From Eledone cirrhosa (Eukaryota), in assembly GCA_964016885.1 (NCBI GenBank), contig OZ024741.1, forward strand, positions 259,098,001 to 259,162,000: DNA of 64,000 nt, read 5' to 3'. The notes under the pieces are model-generated. The model was not told the origin of the DNA and searched no databases. It was given only the letters and a program-made list of their open reading frames with translations. Below, piece by piece: positions 40,100 to 52,900 of the stretch. How positions within the stretch are numbered: position 1 is the stretch's first letter; each line of letters opens with the position of its first letter. Position numbers and translations under genes: made by a program.

Positions 40100-43000
40100 A
40101 GAACACTCGTAAGTCGAAACACTCGTATCGAAACACTCGTATGTCAAAACACCCGTAAGTCAAAACACTCGTAAGTCGAAACACTCGTAAGTCGAAACAC
40201 TCGTATGTCGAAACATCCGTAAATCAGAACACTCGTAAGTCGAAACACTCGTAAGCCGAAACACTCGTAAGTCGAAGCACTCGTATCGAAACACTCGTAA
40301 GTCGAAACACCCTTAAGTCAAAACACTCGTAAGCCAAAACACTCGTAAGTCGAAACACTCGTAAGTCGGAACACTCGTATGTCAGAACACTCGTAAGTCA
40401 GAACACTCGTAAGTGGAAACACGCGTAAGTCGAAAGACCCGTAAGTCAAAAATCTCGTAAGTCAAAACACTCGTAAGCCGAAACACTCGTAAGTCGAAAC
40501 ACTCGTAAGTCGAAACATTCGTAAAGCGAAACGTATAAATAAAGATTAATGTAATGAACTTGAAAAGCATAGATATTTGAAACCGCGTCTATTTGTTATT
40601 TTCGTAAGTCGAAACACTCGTAAGTCAGAACACTCGTAAGTCAGAACACTCTTAAGTCAGAACACTCGTATCGAAACACGTATGTCAAAACACCCGTAAG
40701 TCAAAACACTCGTAAGTCGAAACACTCGTAAGTCGAAACACTCGTAAGCCGAAACAATCGTAAGTCAAAACACTCGTAAGTCGAAACACTCGTAAGCCGA
40801 AAATACTCGTAAGTCGGAACACCCGTAAGCCGAAACCCTCGTAGGTCGGAACACTCGCAAGTCGAAACACTCGTAAGTCGAAACACCCGTAAGTCGAAAC
40901 ACTCGTAAGTCGAAACACCCGTAAGTCGAAACATCCGTAAGTCAAAACACTCGTATGTCGAAACACTCGTAAGCCGAAACACTCGTAAGTCGGAACACTC
41001 GCAAGTCAGAACACTCGTAAGTCAGAACACTCGTAAGTCGAAACACTCGTAAGTCGAAACACCCGTAAGTCGAAACGCCCGTAAGTCAAAACACTCGTAT
41101 GTCGAAACACTCGCAAGCCGAAAAACCGTAAGTCAAAACACTCGTAAGTCGAAACACTCGTAAATCGAAACACTCGTAAGCCGAAACACTCGTAAGCGAA
41201 AACATTCGTTAGTCGAAACACTCGTATCCCGAAACACTCGTAAGTCGAAACACTCGAAAGCCGAAACACTCGTAAGTCGAAACACTCATAAGCCGAAACA
41301 CTCGTAAGTCGGAACACTCGTAAGTCAGAACACCCGTAAATCAGAACACTCGTAGTCAGAACACTCGTAAGTCGAAACACTCGTAAGCCGAAACACTCGC
41401 AAGTCGAAGCACTCGTAATCCGAAACACTCTTAAGTCGAAACACTCGTAAGTCGGAACACTCGTAAGTCAGAATACGTAAGTCAGAACACTCGTAAGTCG
41501 AAACACTCGTAAGCCGAAACATCCGTAAGTCAAAACATCCGTAAGTCAAAACATTCGTAAGTCGAAACACCCGTAGTCGAAACACTCGCAAGTCGAAACA
41601 CTCGTAAGTCGAAACACGCGTAAGTCGAAACACATGTAAGTCAAAACACTCGTAAGTCAAAACACTCGTAAGCCGAAACACTCGTAAGTCGAAACACTCG
41701 TAAGTCGAAACACTCGTAAAGCGAAACGTATAAATAAATATTAATGTAATGAATTTGAAAAGCATAGAGATTTGAAACCGCGTCTATTTGTTATTTTCGT
41801 AAGTCGAAACACTCGTAAGCCGAAACACTCGTGAGCCGAAACACTCGTAAGTCGGAACACTCGTAAGTCAGAACACTCGTAAGTCAGAACACTCGTAAGT
41901 TAGAACACTCGTAAGTCAGAACACTCGTAAGTCAGAACACTCGTAAGTCAGAACACTCGTAAGTCGAAACACTCGTATCGAAACACTCGTATGTCAAAAC
42001 ACCCGTAAGTCAAAACACTCGTAAGTCGAAACACTCGTAAGTCGAAACACTCGTAAGCCGAAACACTCGTAAGCCGAAACACTCGTAAGTCGGAACACTC
42101 GTAAGTCGGAACACTCGTAAGTCAGAACACTCGTAAGTCAGAACACTCGTAAGTCAGAACACTCGTAAGTCAGAACACTCGTAAGTCGAAACACTCGTAT
42201 CGAAACACTCGTATGTCAAAACACCCGTAAGTCAAAACACTCGTAAGTCGAAACACTCGTAAGTCGAAACACTCGTATGTCGAAACATCCGTAAATCAGA
42301 ACACTCGTAAGTCGAAACACTCGTAAGTCGAAACACTCGTAAGCCGAAACACTCGTAAGTCGAAGCACTCGTATCGAAACACTCGTAAGTCGAAACACCC
42401 TTAAGTCAAAACACTCGTAAGCCAAAACACTCGTAAGTCGAAACACTCGTAAGTCGGAACACTCGTAAGTCAGAACACTCGTAAGTCAGAACACTCGTAA
42501 GTGGAAACACGCGTAAGTCGAAAGACCCGTAAGTCAAAAATCTCGTAAGTCAAAACACTCGTAAGCCGAAACACTCGTAAGTCGAAACACTCGTAAGTCG
42601 AAACATTCGTAAAGCGAAACGTATAAATAAAGATTAATGTAATCAACTTGAAAAGCATAGATATTTGAAACCGCGTCTATTTGTTATTTTCGTAAGTCGA
42701 AACACTCGTAAGTCAGAACACTCGTAAGTCAGAACACTCTTAAGTCAGAACACTCGTATCGAAACACGTATGTCAAAACACCCGTAAGTCAAAACACTCG
42801 TAAGTCGAAACACTCGTAAGTCGAAACACTCGTAAGCCGAAACAATCGTAAGTCAAAACACTCGTAATTCGAAACACTCGTAAGCCGAAAATACTCGTAA
42901 GTCGGAACACCCGTAAGCCGAAACCCTCGTAGGTCGGAACACTCGTAAGTCGAAACACTCGTAAGTCGAAACACCCGTAAGTCGAAACACTCGTAAGTCG

Positions 43001-46000
43001 AAACACCCGTAAGTCGAAACATCCGTAAGTCAAAACACTCGTATGTCGAAACACTCGTAAGCCGAAACACTCGTAAGTCGGAACACTCGCAAGTCAGAAC
43101 ACTCGTAAGTCAGAACACTCGTAAGTCGAAACACTCGTAAGTCGAAACACCCGTAAGTCGAAACGCCCGTAAGTCAAAACACTCGTATGTCGAAACACTC
43201 GCAAGCCGAAAAACCGTAAGTCAGAACACTCGTAAGTCGAAACACTCGTAAATCGAAACACTCGTAAGCCGAAACACTCGTAAGCGAAAACATTCGTTAG
43301 TCGAAACACTCGTAACCCGAAACACTCGTAAGTCGAAACACTCGAAAGCCGAAACACTCGTAAGTCGAAACACTCATAAGCCGAAACACTCGTAAGTCGG
43401 AACACTCGTAAGTCAGAACACCCGTAAATCAGAACACTCGTAGTCAGAACACTCGTAAGTCGAAACACTCGTAAGCCGAAACACTCGCAAGTCGAAGCAC
43501 TCGTAATCCGAAACACTCTTAAGTCGAAACACTCGTAAGTCGGAACACTCGTAAGTCAGAACACTCGTAAGTCAGAGCACTCGTAAGTCGAAACACTCGT
43601 AAGCCGAAACATCCGTAAGTCAAAACATCCGTAAGTCAAAACATTCGTAAGTCGAAACACCCGTAGTCGAAACACTCGCAAGTCGAAACACTCGTAAGTC
43701 GAAACACGCGTAAGTCGAAACACATGTAAGTCAAAACACTCGTAAGTCAAAACACTCGTAAGCCGAAACACTCGTAAGTCGAAACACTCGTAAGTCGAAA
43801 CACTCGTAAAGCGAAACGTATAAATAAATATTAATGTAATGAATTTGAAAAGCATAGAGATTTGAAACCGCGTCTATTTGTTATTTTCGTAAGTCGAAAC
43901 ACTCGTAAGCCGAAACACTCGTGAGCCGAAACACTCGTAAGTCGGAACACTCGTAAGTCAGAACACTCGTAAGTCAGAACACTCGTAAGTTAGAACACTC
44001 GTAAGTCAGAACACTCGTAAGTCAGAACACTCGTAAGTCGAAACACTCGTATCGAAACACTCGTATGTCAAAACACCCGTAAGTCAAAACACTCGTAAGT
44101 CGAAACACTCGTAAGTCGAAACACTCGTAAGCCGAAACACTCGTAAGCCGAAACACTCGTAAGTCGGAACACTCGTAAGTCGGAACACTCGTAAGTCAGA
44201 ACACTCGTAAGTCAGAACACTCGTAAGTCAGAACACTCGTAAGTCAGAACACTCGTAAGTCGAAACACTCGTATCGAAACACTCGTATGTCAAAACACCC
44301 GTAAGTCAAAACACTCGTAAGTCGAAACACTCGTAAGTCGAAACACTCGTATGTCGAAACATCCGTAAATCAGAACACTCGTAAGTCGAAACACTCGTAA
44401 GTCGAAACACTCGTAAGCCGAAACACTCGTAAGTCGAAGCACTCGTATCGAAACACTCGTAAGTCGAAACACCCTTAAGTCAAAACACTCGTAAGCCAAA
44501 ACACTCGTAAGTCGAAACACTCGTAAGTCGGAACACTCGTAAGTCAGAACACTCGTAAGTCAGAACACTCGTAAGTGGAAACACGCGTAAGTCGAAAGAC
44601 CCGTAAGTCAAAAATCTCGTAAGTCAAAACACTCGTAAGCCGAAACACTCGTAAGTCGAAACACTCGTAAGTCGAAACATTCGTAAAGCGAAACGTATAA
44701 ATAAAGATTAATGTAATGAACTTGAAAAGCATAGATATTTGAAACCGCGTCTATTTGTTATTTTCGTAAGTCGAAACACTCGTAAGTCAGAACACTCGTA
44801 AGTCAGAACACTCGTATCGAAACACGTATGTCAAAACACCCGTAAGTCAAAACACTCGTAAGTCGAAACACTCGTAAGTCGAAACACTCGTAAGCCGAAA
44901 CAATCGTAAGTCAAAACACTCGTAAGTCGAAACACTCGTAAGCCGAAAATACTCGTAAGTCGGAACACCCGTAAGCCGAAACCCTCGTAGGTCGGAACAC
45001 TCGTAAGTCGAAACACTCTTAAGTCGAAACACCCGTAAGTCGAAACACTCGTAAGTCGAAACACCCGTAAGTCGAAACATCCGTAAGTCAAAACACTCGT
45101 ATGTCGAAACACTCGTAAGCCGAAACACTCGTAAGTCGGAACACTCGCAAGTCAGAACACTCGTAAGTCAGAACACTCGTAAGTCGAAACACTCGTAAGT
45201 CGAAACACCCGTAAGTCGAAACGCCCGTAAGTCAAAACACTCGTATGTCGAAACACTCGCAAGCCGAAAAACCGTAAGTCAAAACACTCGTAAGTCGAAA
45301 CACTCGTAAATCGAAACACTCGTAAGCCGAAACACTCGTAAGCGAAAACATTCGTTAGTCGAAACACTCGTAACCCGAAACACTCGTAAGTCGAAACACT
45401 CGAAAGCCGAAACACTCGTAAGTCGAAACACTCATAAGCCGAAACACTCGTAAGTCGGAACACTCGTAAGTCAGAACACCCGTAAATCAGAACACTCGTA
45501 GTCAGAACACTCGTAAGTCGAAACACTCGTAAGCCGAAACACTCGCAAGTCGAAGCACTCGTTATCCGAAACACTCTTAAGTCGAAACACTCGTAAGTCG
45601 GAACACTCGTAAGTCAGAACACTCGTAAGTCAGAACACTCGTAAGTCGAAACACTCGTAAGCCGAAACATCCGTAAGTCAAAACATCCGTAAGTCAAAAC
45701 ATTCGTAAGTCGAAACACCCGTAGTCGAAACACTCGCAAGTCGAAACACTCGTAAGTCGAAACACGCGTAAGTCGAAACACATGTAAGTCAAAACACTCG
45801 TAAGTCAAAACACTCGTAAGCCGAAACACTCGTAAGTCGAAACACTCGTAAGTCGAAACACTCGTAAAGCGAAACGTATCAATAAAGATTAATGTAATGA
45901 ATTTGAAAAGCATAGAGATTTGAAACCGCGTCTATTTGTTTTTTTCGTAAGTCGAAACACTCGTAAGCCGAAACACTCGTGAGCCGAAACACTCGTAAGT

Positions 46001-46950
46001 CGGAACACTCGTAAGTCAGAACACTCGTAAGTCAGAACACTCGTAAGTTAGAACACTCGTAAGTCAGAACACTCGTAAGTCAGAACACTCGTAAGTCGAA
46101 ACACTCGTATCGAAACACTCGTATGTCAAAACACCCGTAAGTCAAAACACTCGTAAGTCGAAACACTCGTAAGTCGAAACACTCGTAAGCCGAAACACTC
46201 GAAAGCCGAAACACTCGTAAGTCGGAACACTCGTAAGTCGGAACACTCGTAAGTCAGAACACTCGTAAGTCAGAACACTCGTAAGTCAGAACACTCGTAA
46301 GTCAGAACACTCGTAAGTCGAAACACTCGTATCGAAACACTCGTATGTCAAAACACCCGTAAGTCAAAACACTCGTAAGTCGAAACACTCGTAAGTCGAA
46401 ACACTCGTATGTCGAAACATCCGTAAATCAGAACACTCGTAAGTCGAAACACTCGTAAGTCGAAACACTCGTAAGCCGAAACACTCGTAAGTCGAAGCAC
46501 TCGTATCGAAACACTCGTAAGTCGAAACACCCTTAAGTCAAAACACTCGTAAGCCAAAACACTCGTAAGTCGAAACACTCGTAAGTCGGAACACTCGTAA
46601 GTCAGAACACTCGTAAGTCAGAACACTCGTAAGTGGAAACACGCGTAAGTCGAAAGACCCGTAAGTCAAAAATCTCGTAAGTCAAAACACTCGTAAGCCG
46701 AAACACTCGTAAGTCGAAACACTCGTAAGTCGAAACACTCGTAAGTCGAAACATTCGTAAAGCGAAACGTATAAATAAAGATTAATGTAATGAACTTGAA
46801 AAGCATAGATATTTGAAACCGCGTCTATTTGTTATTTTCGTAAGTCGAAACACTCGTAAGTCAGAAGACTCGTAAGTCAGAACACTCTTAAGTCAGAACA
46901 CTCGTATCGAAACACGTATGTCAAAACACCCGTAAGTCAAAACACTCGTA
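40100..46950 (+). repeat. Higher-order repeat, ~2.07 kb unit carrying one A and one B island (~3 copies)
   Basis: A islands at 40533, 42621, 44695 and 46769 (+2088, +2074, +2074). B islands at 41728, 43818 and 45876 (+2090, +2058). Confidence 0.88.
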
Positions 46951-49900
46951 AGTCGAAACACTCGTAAGCCGAAAATACTCGTAAGTCGGAACACCCGTAA
47001 GCCGAAACCCTCGTAGGTCGGAACACTCGTAAGTCGAAACACTCGTAAGTCGAAACACTCGTAAGCCGAAACACTCGTAAGTCGAAGCACTCGTATCGAA
47101 ACACTCGTAAGTCGAAACACCCTTAAGTCAAAACACTCGTAAGCCAAAACACTCGTAAGTCGAAACACTCGTAAGTCGGAACACTCGTAAGTCAGAACAC
47201 TCGTAAGTCAGAACACTCGTAAGTGGAAACACGCGTAAGTCGAAACAGTCATAAGTCGAAACACTCGTAAGTCGAAACACCCGTAAGTCGAAACACCCGT
47301 AAGTCGAAACACTCGTATGTCGAATAACTCGTAAGCCGAAACACCGTAAGTCAAAACACTCGTAAGTCGAAACACTCGTAAGTCGAAACACCCATAAGCC
47401 GAAACACTCGTAAGCCAAAACATTCGTAAGTCGAAACACTCGTAAGTCGAAACACCCATAGCCGAAACACTCGTAAGTCTGAACACACGTAAGTCAGAAC
47501 AGCCGTAAGTCAGAACACTCGTAAGTCAGAACACTCGTAAGTCAGAACACTCGTAAGTCAGAGCACTCGTATCGAAACACTCGTATGTCAAAACACCCGT
47601 AAGTCAAAACACTCGTAAGTCGAAACACTCGTAAGCCGAAACACCGTAAGCCAAAACACTCGTAAGTCGAAACACCCGTAAGTCGGAACACTCGTAAGTC
47701 GAAACACTCGTAAGTCGAAACACTCGTAAGCCGAAACACTCGTAAGCCGAAACACTCGTAAGTCGGAACACTCGTAAGTCGGAACACTCGTAAGTCAGAA
47801 CACTCGTAAGTCAGAACACTCGTAAGTCAGAACACTCGTAAGTCAGAACACTCGTAAGTCGAAACACTCGTATCGAAACACTCGTATGTCAAAACACCCG
47901 TAAGTCAAAACACTCGTAAGTCGAAACACTCGTAAGTCGAAACACTCGTATGTCGAAACATCCGTAAATCAGAACACTCGTAAGTCGAAACACTCGTAAG
48001 TCGAAACACTCGTAAGCCGAAACACTCGTAAGTCGAAGCACTCGTATCGAAACACTCGTAAGTCGAAACACCCTTAAGTCAAAACACTCGTAAGCCAAAA
48101 CACTCGTAAGTCGAAACACTCGTAAGTCGGAACACTCGTATGTCAGAACACTCGTAAGTCAGAACACTCGTAAGTGGAAACACGCGTAAGTCGAAAGACC
48201 CGTAAGTCAAAAATCTCGTAAGTCAAAACACTCGTAAGCCGAAACACTCGTAAGTCGAAACACTCGTAAGTCGAAACATTCGTAAAGCGAAACGTATAAA
48301 TAAAGATTAATGTAATGAACTTGAAAAGCATAGATATTTGAAACCGCGTCTATTTGTTATTTTCGTAAGTCGAAACACTCGTAAGTCAGAACACTCGTAA
48401 GTCAGAACACTCTTAAGTCAGAACACTCGTATCGAAACACGTATGTCAAAACACCCGTAAGTCAAAACACTCGTAAGTCGAAACACTCGTAAGTCGAAAC
48501 ACTTGTAAGCCGAAACAATCGTAAGTCAAAACACTCGTAAGTCGAAACACTCGTAAGCCGAAAATACTCGTAAGTCGGAACACCCGTAAGCCGAAACCCT
48601 CGTAGGTCGGAACACTCGTAAGTCGAAACACTCGTAAGTCGAAACACCCGTAAGTCGAAACACTCGTAAGTCGAAACACCCGTAAGTCGAAACATCCGTA
48701 AGTCAAAACACTCGTATGTCGAAACACTCGTAAGCCGAAACACTCGTAAGTCGGAACACTCGCAAGTCAGAACACTCGTAAGTCAGAACACTCGTAAGTC
48801 GAAACACTCGTAAGTCGAAACACCCGTAAGTCGAAACGCCCGTAAGTCAAAACACTCGTATGTCGAAACACTCGCAAGCCGAAAAACCGTAAGTCAAAAC
48901 ACTCGTAAGTCGAAACACTCGTAAATCGAAACACTCGTAAGCCGAAACACTCGTAAGCGAAAACATTCGTTAGTCGAAACACTCGTATCCCGAAACACTC
49001 GTAAGTCGAAACACTCGAAAGCCGAAACACTCGTAAGTCGAAACACTCATAAGCCGAAACACTCGTAAGTCGGAACACTCGTAAGTCAGAACACCCGTAA
49101 ATCAGAACACTCGTAGTCAGAACACTCGTAAGTCGAAACACTCGTAAGCCGAAACACTCGCAAGTCGAAGCACTCGTAATCCGAAACACTCTTAAGTCGA
49201 AACACTCGTAAGTCGGAACACTCGTAAGTCAGAACACTCGTAAGTCAGAACACTCGTAAGTCAGAACACTCGTAAGTCAGAACACTCGTAAGTTAGAACA
49301 CTCGTAAGTCAGAACACTCGTAAGTCAGAACACTCGTAAGTCGAAACACTCGTAAAGCGAAACGTATCAATAAAGATTAATGTAATGAATTTGAAAAGCA
49401 TAGAGATTTGAAACCGCGTCTATTTGTTATTTTCGTAAGTCGAAACACTCGTAAGCCGAAACACTCGTGAGCCGAAACACTCGTAAGTCGGAACACTCGT
49501 AAGTCAGAACACTCGTAAGTCAGAACACTCGTAAGTTAGAACACTCGTAAGTCAGAACACTCGTAAGTCAGAACACTCGTAAGTCGAAACACTCGTATCG
49601 AAACACTCGTATGTCAAAACACCCGTAAGTCAAAACACTCGTAAGTCGAAACACTCGTAAGTCGAAACACTCGTAAGCCGAAACACTCGAAAGCCGAAAC
49701 ACTCGTAAGTCGGAACACTCGTAAGTCGGAACACTCGTAAGTCAGAACACTCGTAAGTCAGAACACTCGTAAGTCAGAACACTCGTAAGTCAGAACACTC
49801 GTAAGTCGAAACACTCGTATCGAAACACTCGTATGTCAAAACACCCGTAAGTCAAAACACTCGTAAGTCGAAACACTCGTAAGTCGAAACACTCGTATGT

Positions 49901-52900
49901 CGAAACATCCGTAAATCAGAACACTCGTAAGTCGAAACACTCGTAAGTCGAAACACTCGTAAGCCGAAACACTCGTAAGTCGAAGCACTCGTATCGAAAC
50001 ACTCGTAAGTCGAAACACCCTTAAGTCAAAACACTCGTAAGCCAAAACACTCGTAAGTCGAAACACTCGTAAGTCGGAACACTCGTAAGTCAGAACACTC
50101 GTAAGTCAGAACACTCGTAAGTGGAAACACGCGTAAGTCGAAAGACCCGTAAGTCAAAAATCTCGTAAGTCAAAACACTCGTAAGCCGAAACACTCGTAA
50201 GTCGAAACACTCGTAAGTCGAAACACTCGTAAGTCGAAACATTCGTAAAGCGAAACGTATAAATAAAGATTAATGTAATGAACTTGAAAAGCATAGATAT
50301 TTGAAACCGCGTCTATTTGTTATTTTCGTAAGTCGAAACACTCGTAAGTCAGAACACTCGTAAGTCAGAACACTCTTAAGTCAGAACACTCGTATCGAAA
50401 CACGTATGTCAAAACACCCGTAAGTCAAAACACTCGTAAGTCGAAACACTCGTAAGTCGAAACACTCGTAAGCCGAAACAATCGTAAGTCAAAACACTCG
50501 TAAGTCGAAACACTCGTAAGCCGAAAATACTCGTAAGTCGGAACACCCGTAAGCCGAAACCCTCGTAGGTCGGAACACTCGTAAGTCGAAACACTCGTAA
50601 GTCGAAACACTCGTAAGCCGAAACACTCGTAAGTCGAAGCACTCGTATCGAAACACTCGTAAGTCGAAACACCCTTAAGTCAAAACACTCGTAAGCCAAA
50701 ACACTCGTAAGTCGAAACACTCGTAAGTCGGAACACTCGTAAGTCAGAACACTCGTAAGTCAGAACACTCGTAAGTGGAAACACGCGTAAGTCGAAACAG
50801 TCATAAGTCGAAACACTCGTAAGTCGAAACACCCGTAAGTCGAAACACCCGTAAGTCGAAACACTCGTATGTCGAATAACTCGTAAGCCGAAACACCGTA
50901 AGTCAAAACACTCGTAAGTCGAAACACTCGTAAGTCGAAACACCCATAAGCCGAAACACTCGTAAGCCAAAACATTCGTAAGTCGAAACACTCGTAAGTC
51001 GAAACACCCATAGCCGAAACACTCGTAAGTCTGAACACACGTAAGTCAGAACAGCCGTAAGTCAGAACACTCGTAAGTCAGAACACTCGTAAGTCAGAAC
51101 ACTCGTAAGTCAGAGCACTCGTATCGAAACACTCGTATGTCAAAACACCCGTAAGTCAAAACACTCGTAAGTCGAAACACTCGTAAGCCGAAACACCGTA
51201 AGCCAAAACACTCGTAAGTCGAAACACCCGTAAGTCGGAACACTCGTAAGTCGAAACACTCGTAAGTCGAAACACTCGTAAGCCGAAACACTCGTAAGCC
51301 GAAACACTCGTAAGTCGGAACACTCGTAAGTCGGAACACTCGTAAGTCAGAACACTCGTAAGTCAGAACACTCGTAAGTCAGAACACTCGTAAGTCAGAA
51401 CACTCGTAAGTCGAAACACTCGTATCGAAACACTCGTATGTCAAAACACCCGTAAGTCAAAACACTCGTAAGTCGAAACACTCGTAAGTCGAAACACTCG
51501 TATGTCGAAACATCCGTAAATCAGAACACTCGTAAGTCGAAACACTCGTAAGTCGAAACACTCGTAAGCCGAAACACTCGTAAGTCGAAGCACTCGTATC
51601 GAAACACTCGTAAGTCGAAACACCCTTAAGTCAAAACACTCGTAAGCCAAAACACTCGTAAGTCGAAACACTCGTAAGTCGGAACACTCGTATGTCAGAA
51701 CACTCGTAAGTCAGAACACTCGTAAGTGGAAACACGCGTAAGTCGAAAGACCCGTAAGTCAAAAATCTCGTAAGTCAAAACACTCGTAAGCCGAAACACT
51801 CGTAAGTCGAAACACTCGTAAGTCGAAACATTCGTAAAGCGAAACGTATAAATAAAGATTAATGTAATGAACTTGAAAAGCATAGATATTTGAAACCGCG
51901 TCTATTTGTTATTTTCGTAAGTCGAAACACTCGTAAGTCAGAACACTCGTAAGTCAGAACACTCTTAAGTCAGAACACTCGTATCGAAACACGTATGTCA
52001 AAACACCCGTAAGTCAAAACACTCGTAAGTCGAAACACTCGTAAGTCGAAACACTTGTAAGCCGAAACAATCGTAAGTCAAAACACTCGTAAGTCGAAAC
52101 ACTCGTAAGCCGAAAATACTCGTAAGTCGGAACACCCGTAAGCCGAAACCCTCGTAGGTCGGAACACTCGTAAGTCGAAACACTCGTAAGTCGAAACACC
52201 CGTAAGTCGAAACACTCGTAAGTCGAAACACCCGTAAGTCGAAACATCCGTAAGTCAAAACACTCGTATGTCGAAACACTCGTAAGCCGAAACACTCGTA
52301 AGTCGGAACACTCGCAAGTCAGAACACTCGTAAGTCAGAACACTCGTAAGTCGAAACACTCGTAAGTCGAAACACCCGTAAGTCGAAACGCCCGTAAGTC
52401 AAAACACTCGTATGTCGAAACACTCGCAAGCCGAAAAACCGTAAGTCAAAACACTCGTAAGTCGAAACACTCGTAAATCGAAACACTCGTAAGCCGAAAC
52501 ACTCGTAAGCGAAAACATTCGTTAGTCGAAACACTCGTATCCCGAAACACTCGTAAGTCGAAACACTCGAAAGCCGAAACACTCGTAAGTCGAAACACTC
52601 ATAAGCCGAAACACTCGTAAGTCGGAACACTCGTAAGTCAGAACACCCGTAAATCAGAACACTCGTAGTCAGAACACTCCTAAGTCGAAACACTCGTAAG
52701 CCGAAACACTCGCAAGTCGAAGCACTCGTAATCCGAAACACTCTTAAGTCGAAACACTCGTAAGTCGGAACACTCGTAAGTCAGAACACTCGTAAGTCAG
52801 AACACTCGTAAGTCAGAACACTCGTAAGTCAGAACACTCGTAAGTTAGAACACTCGTAAGTCAGAACACTCGTAAGTCAGAACACTCGTAAGTCGAAACA

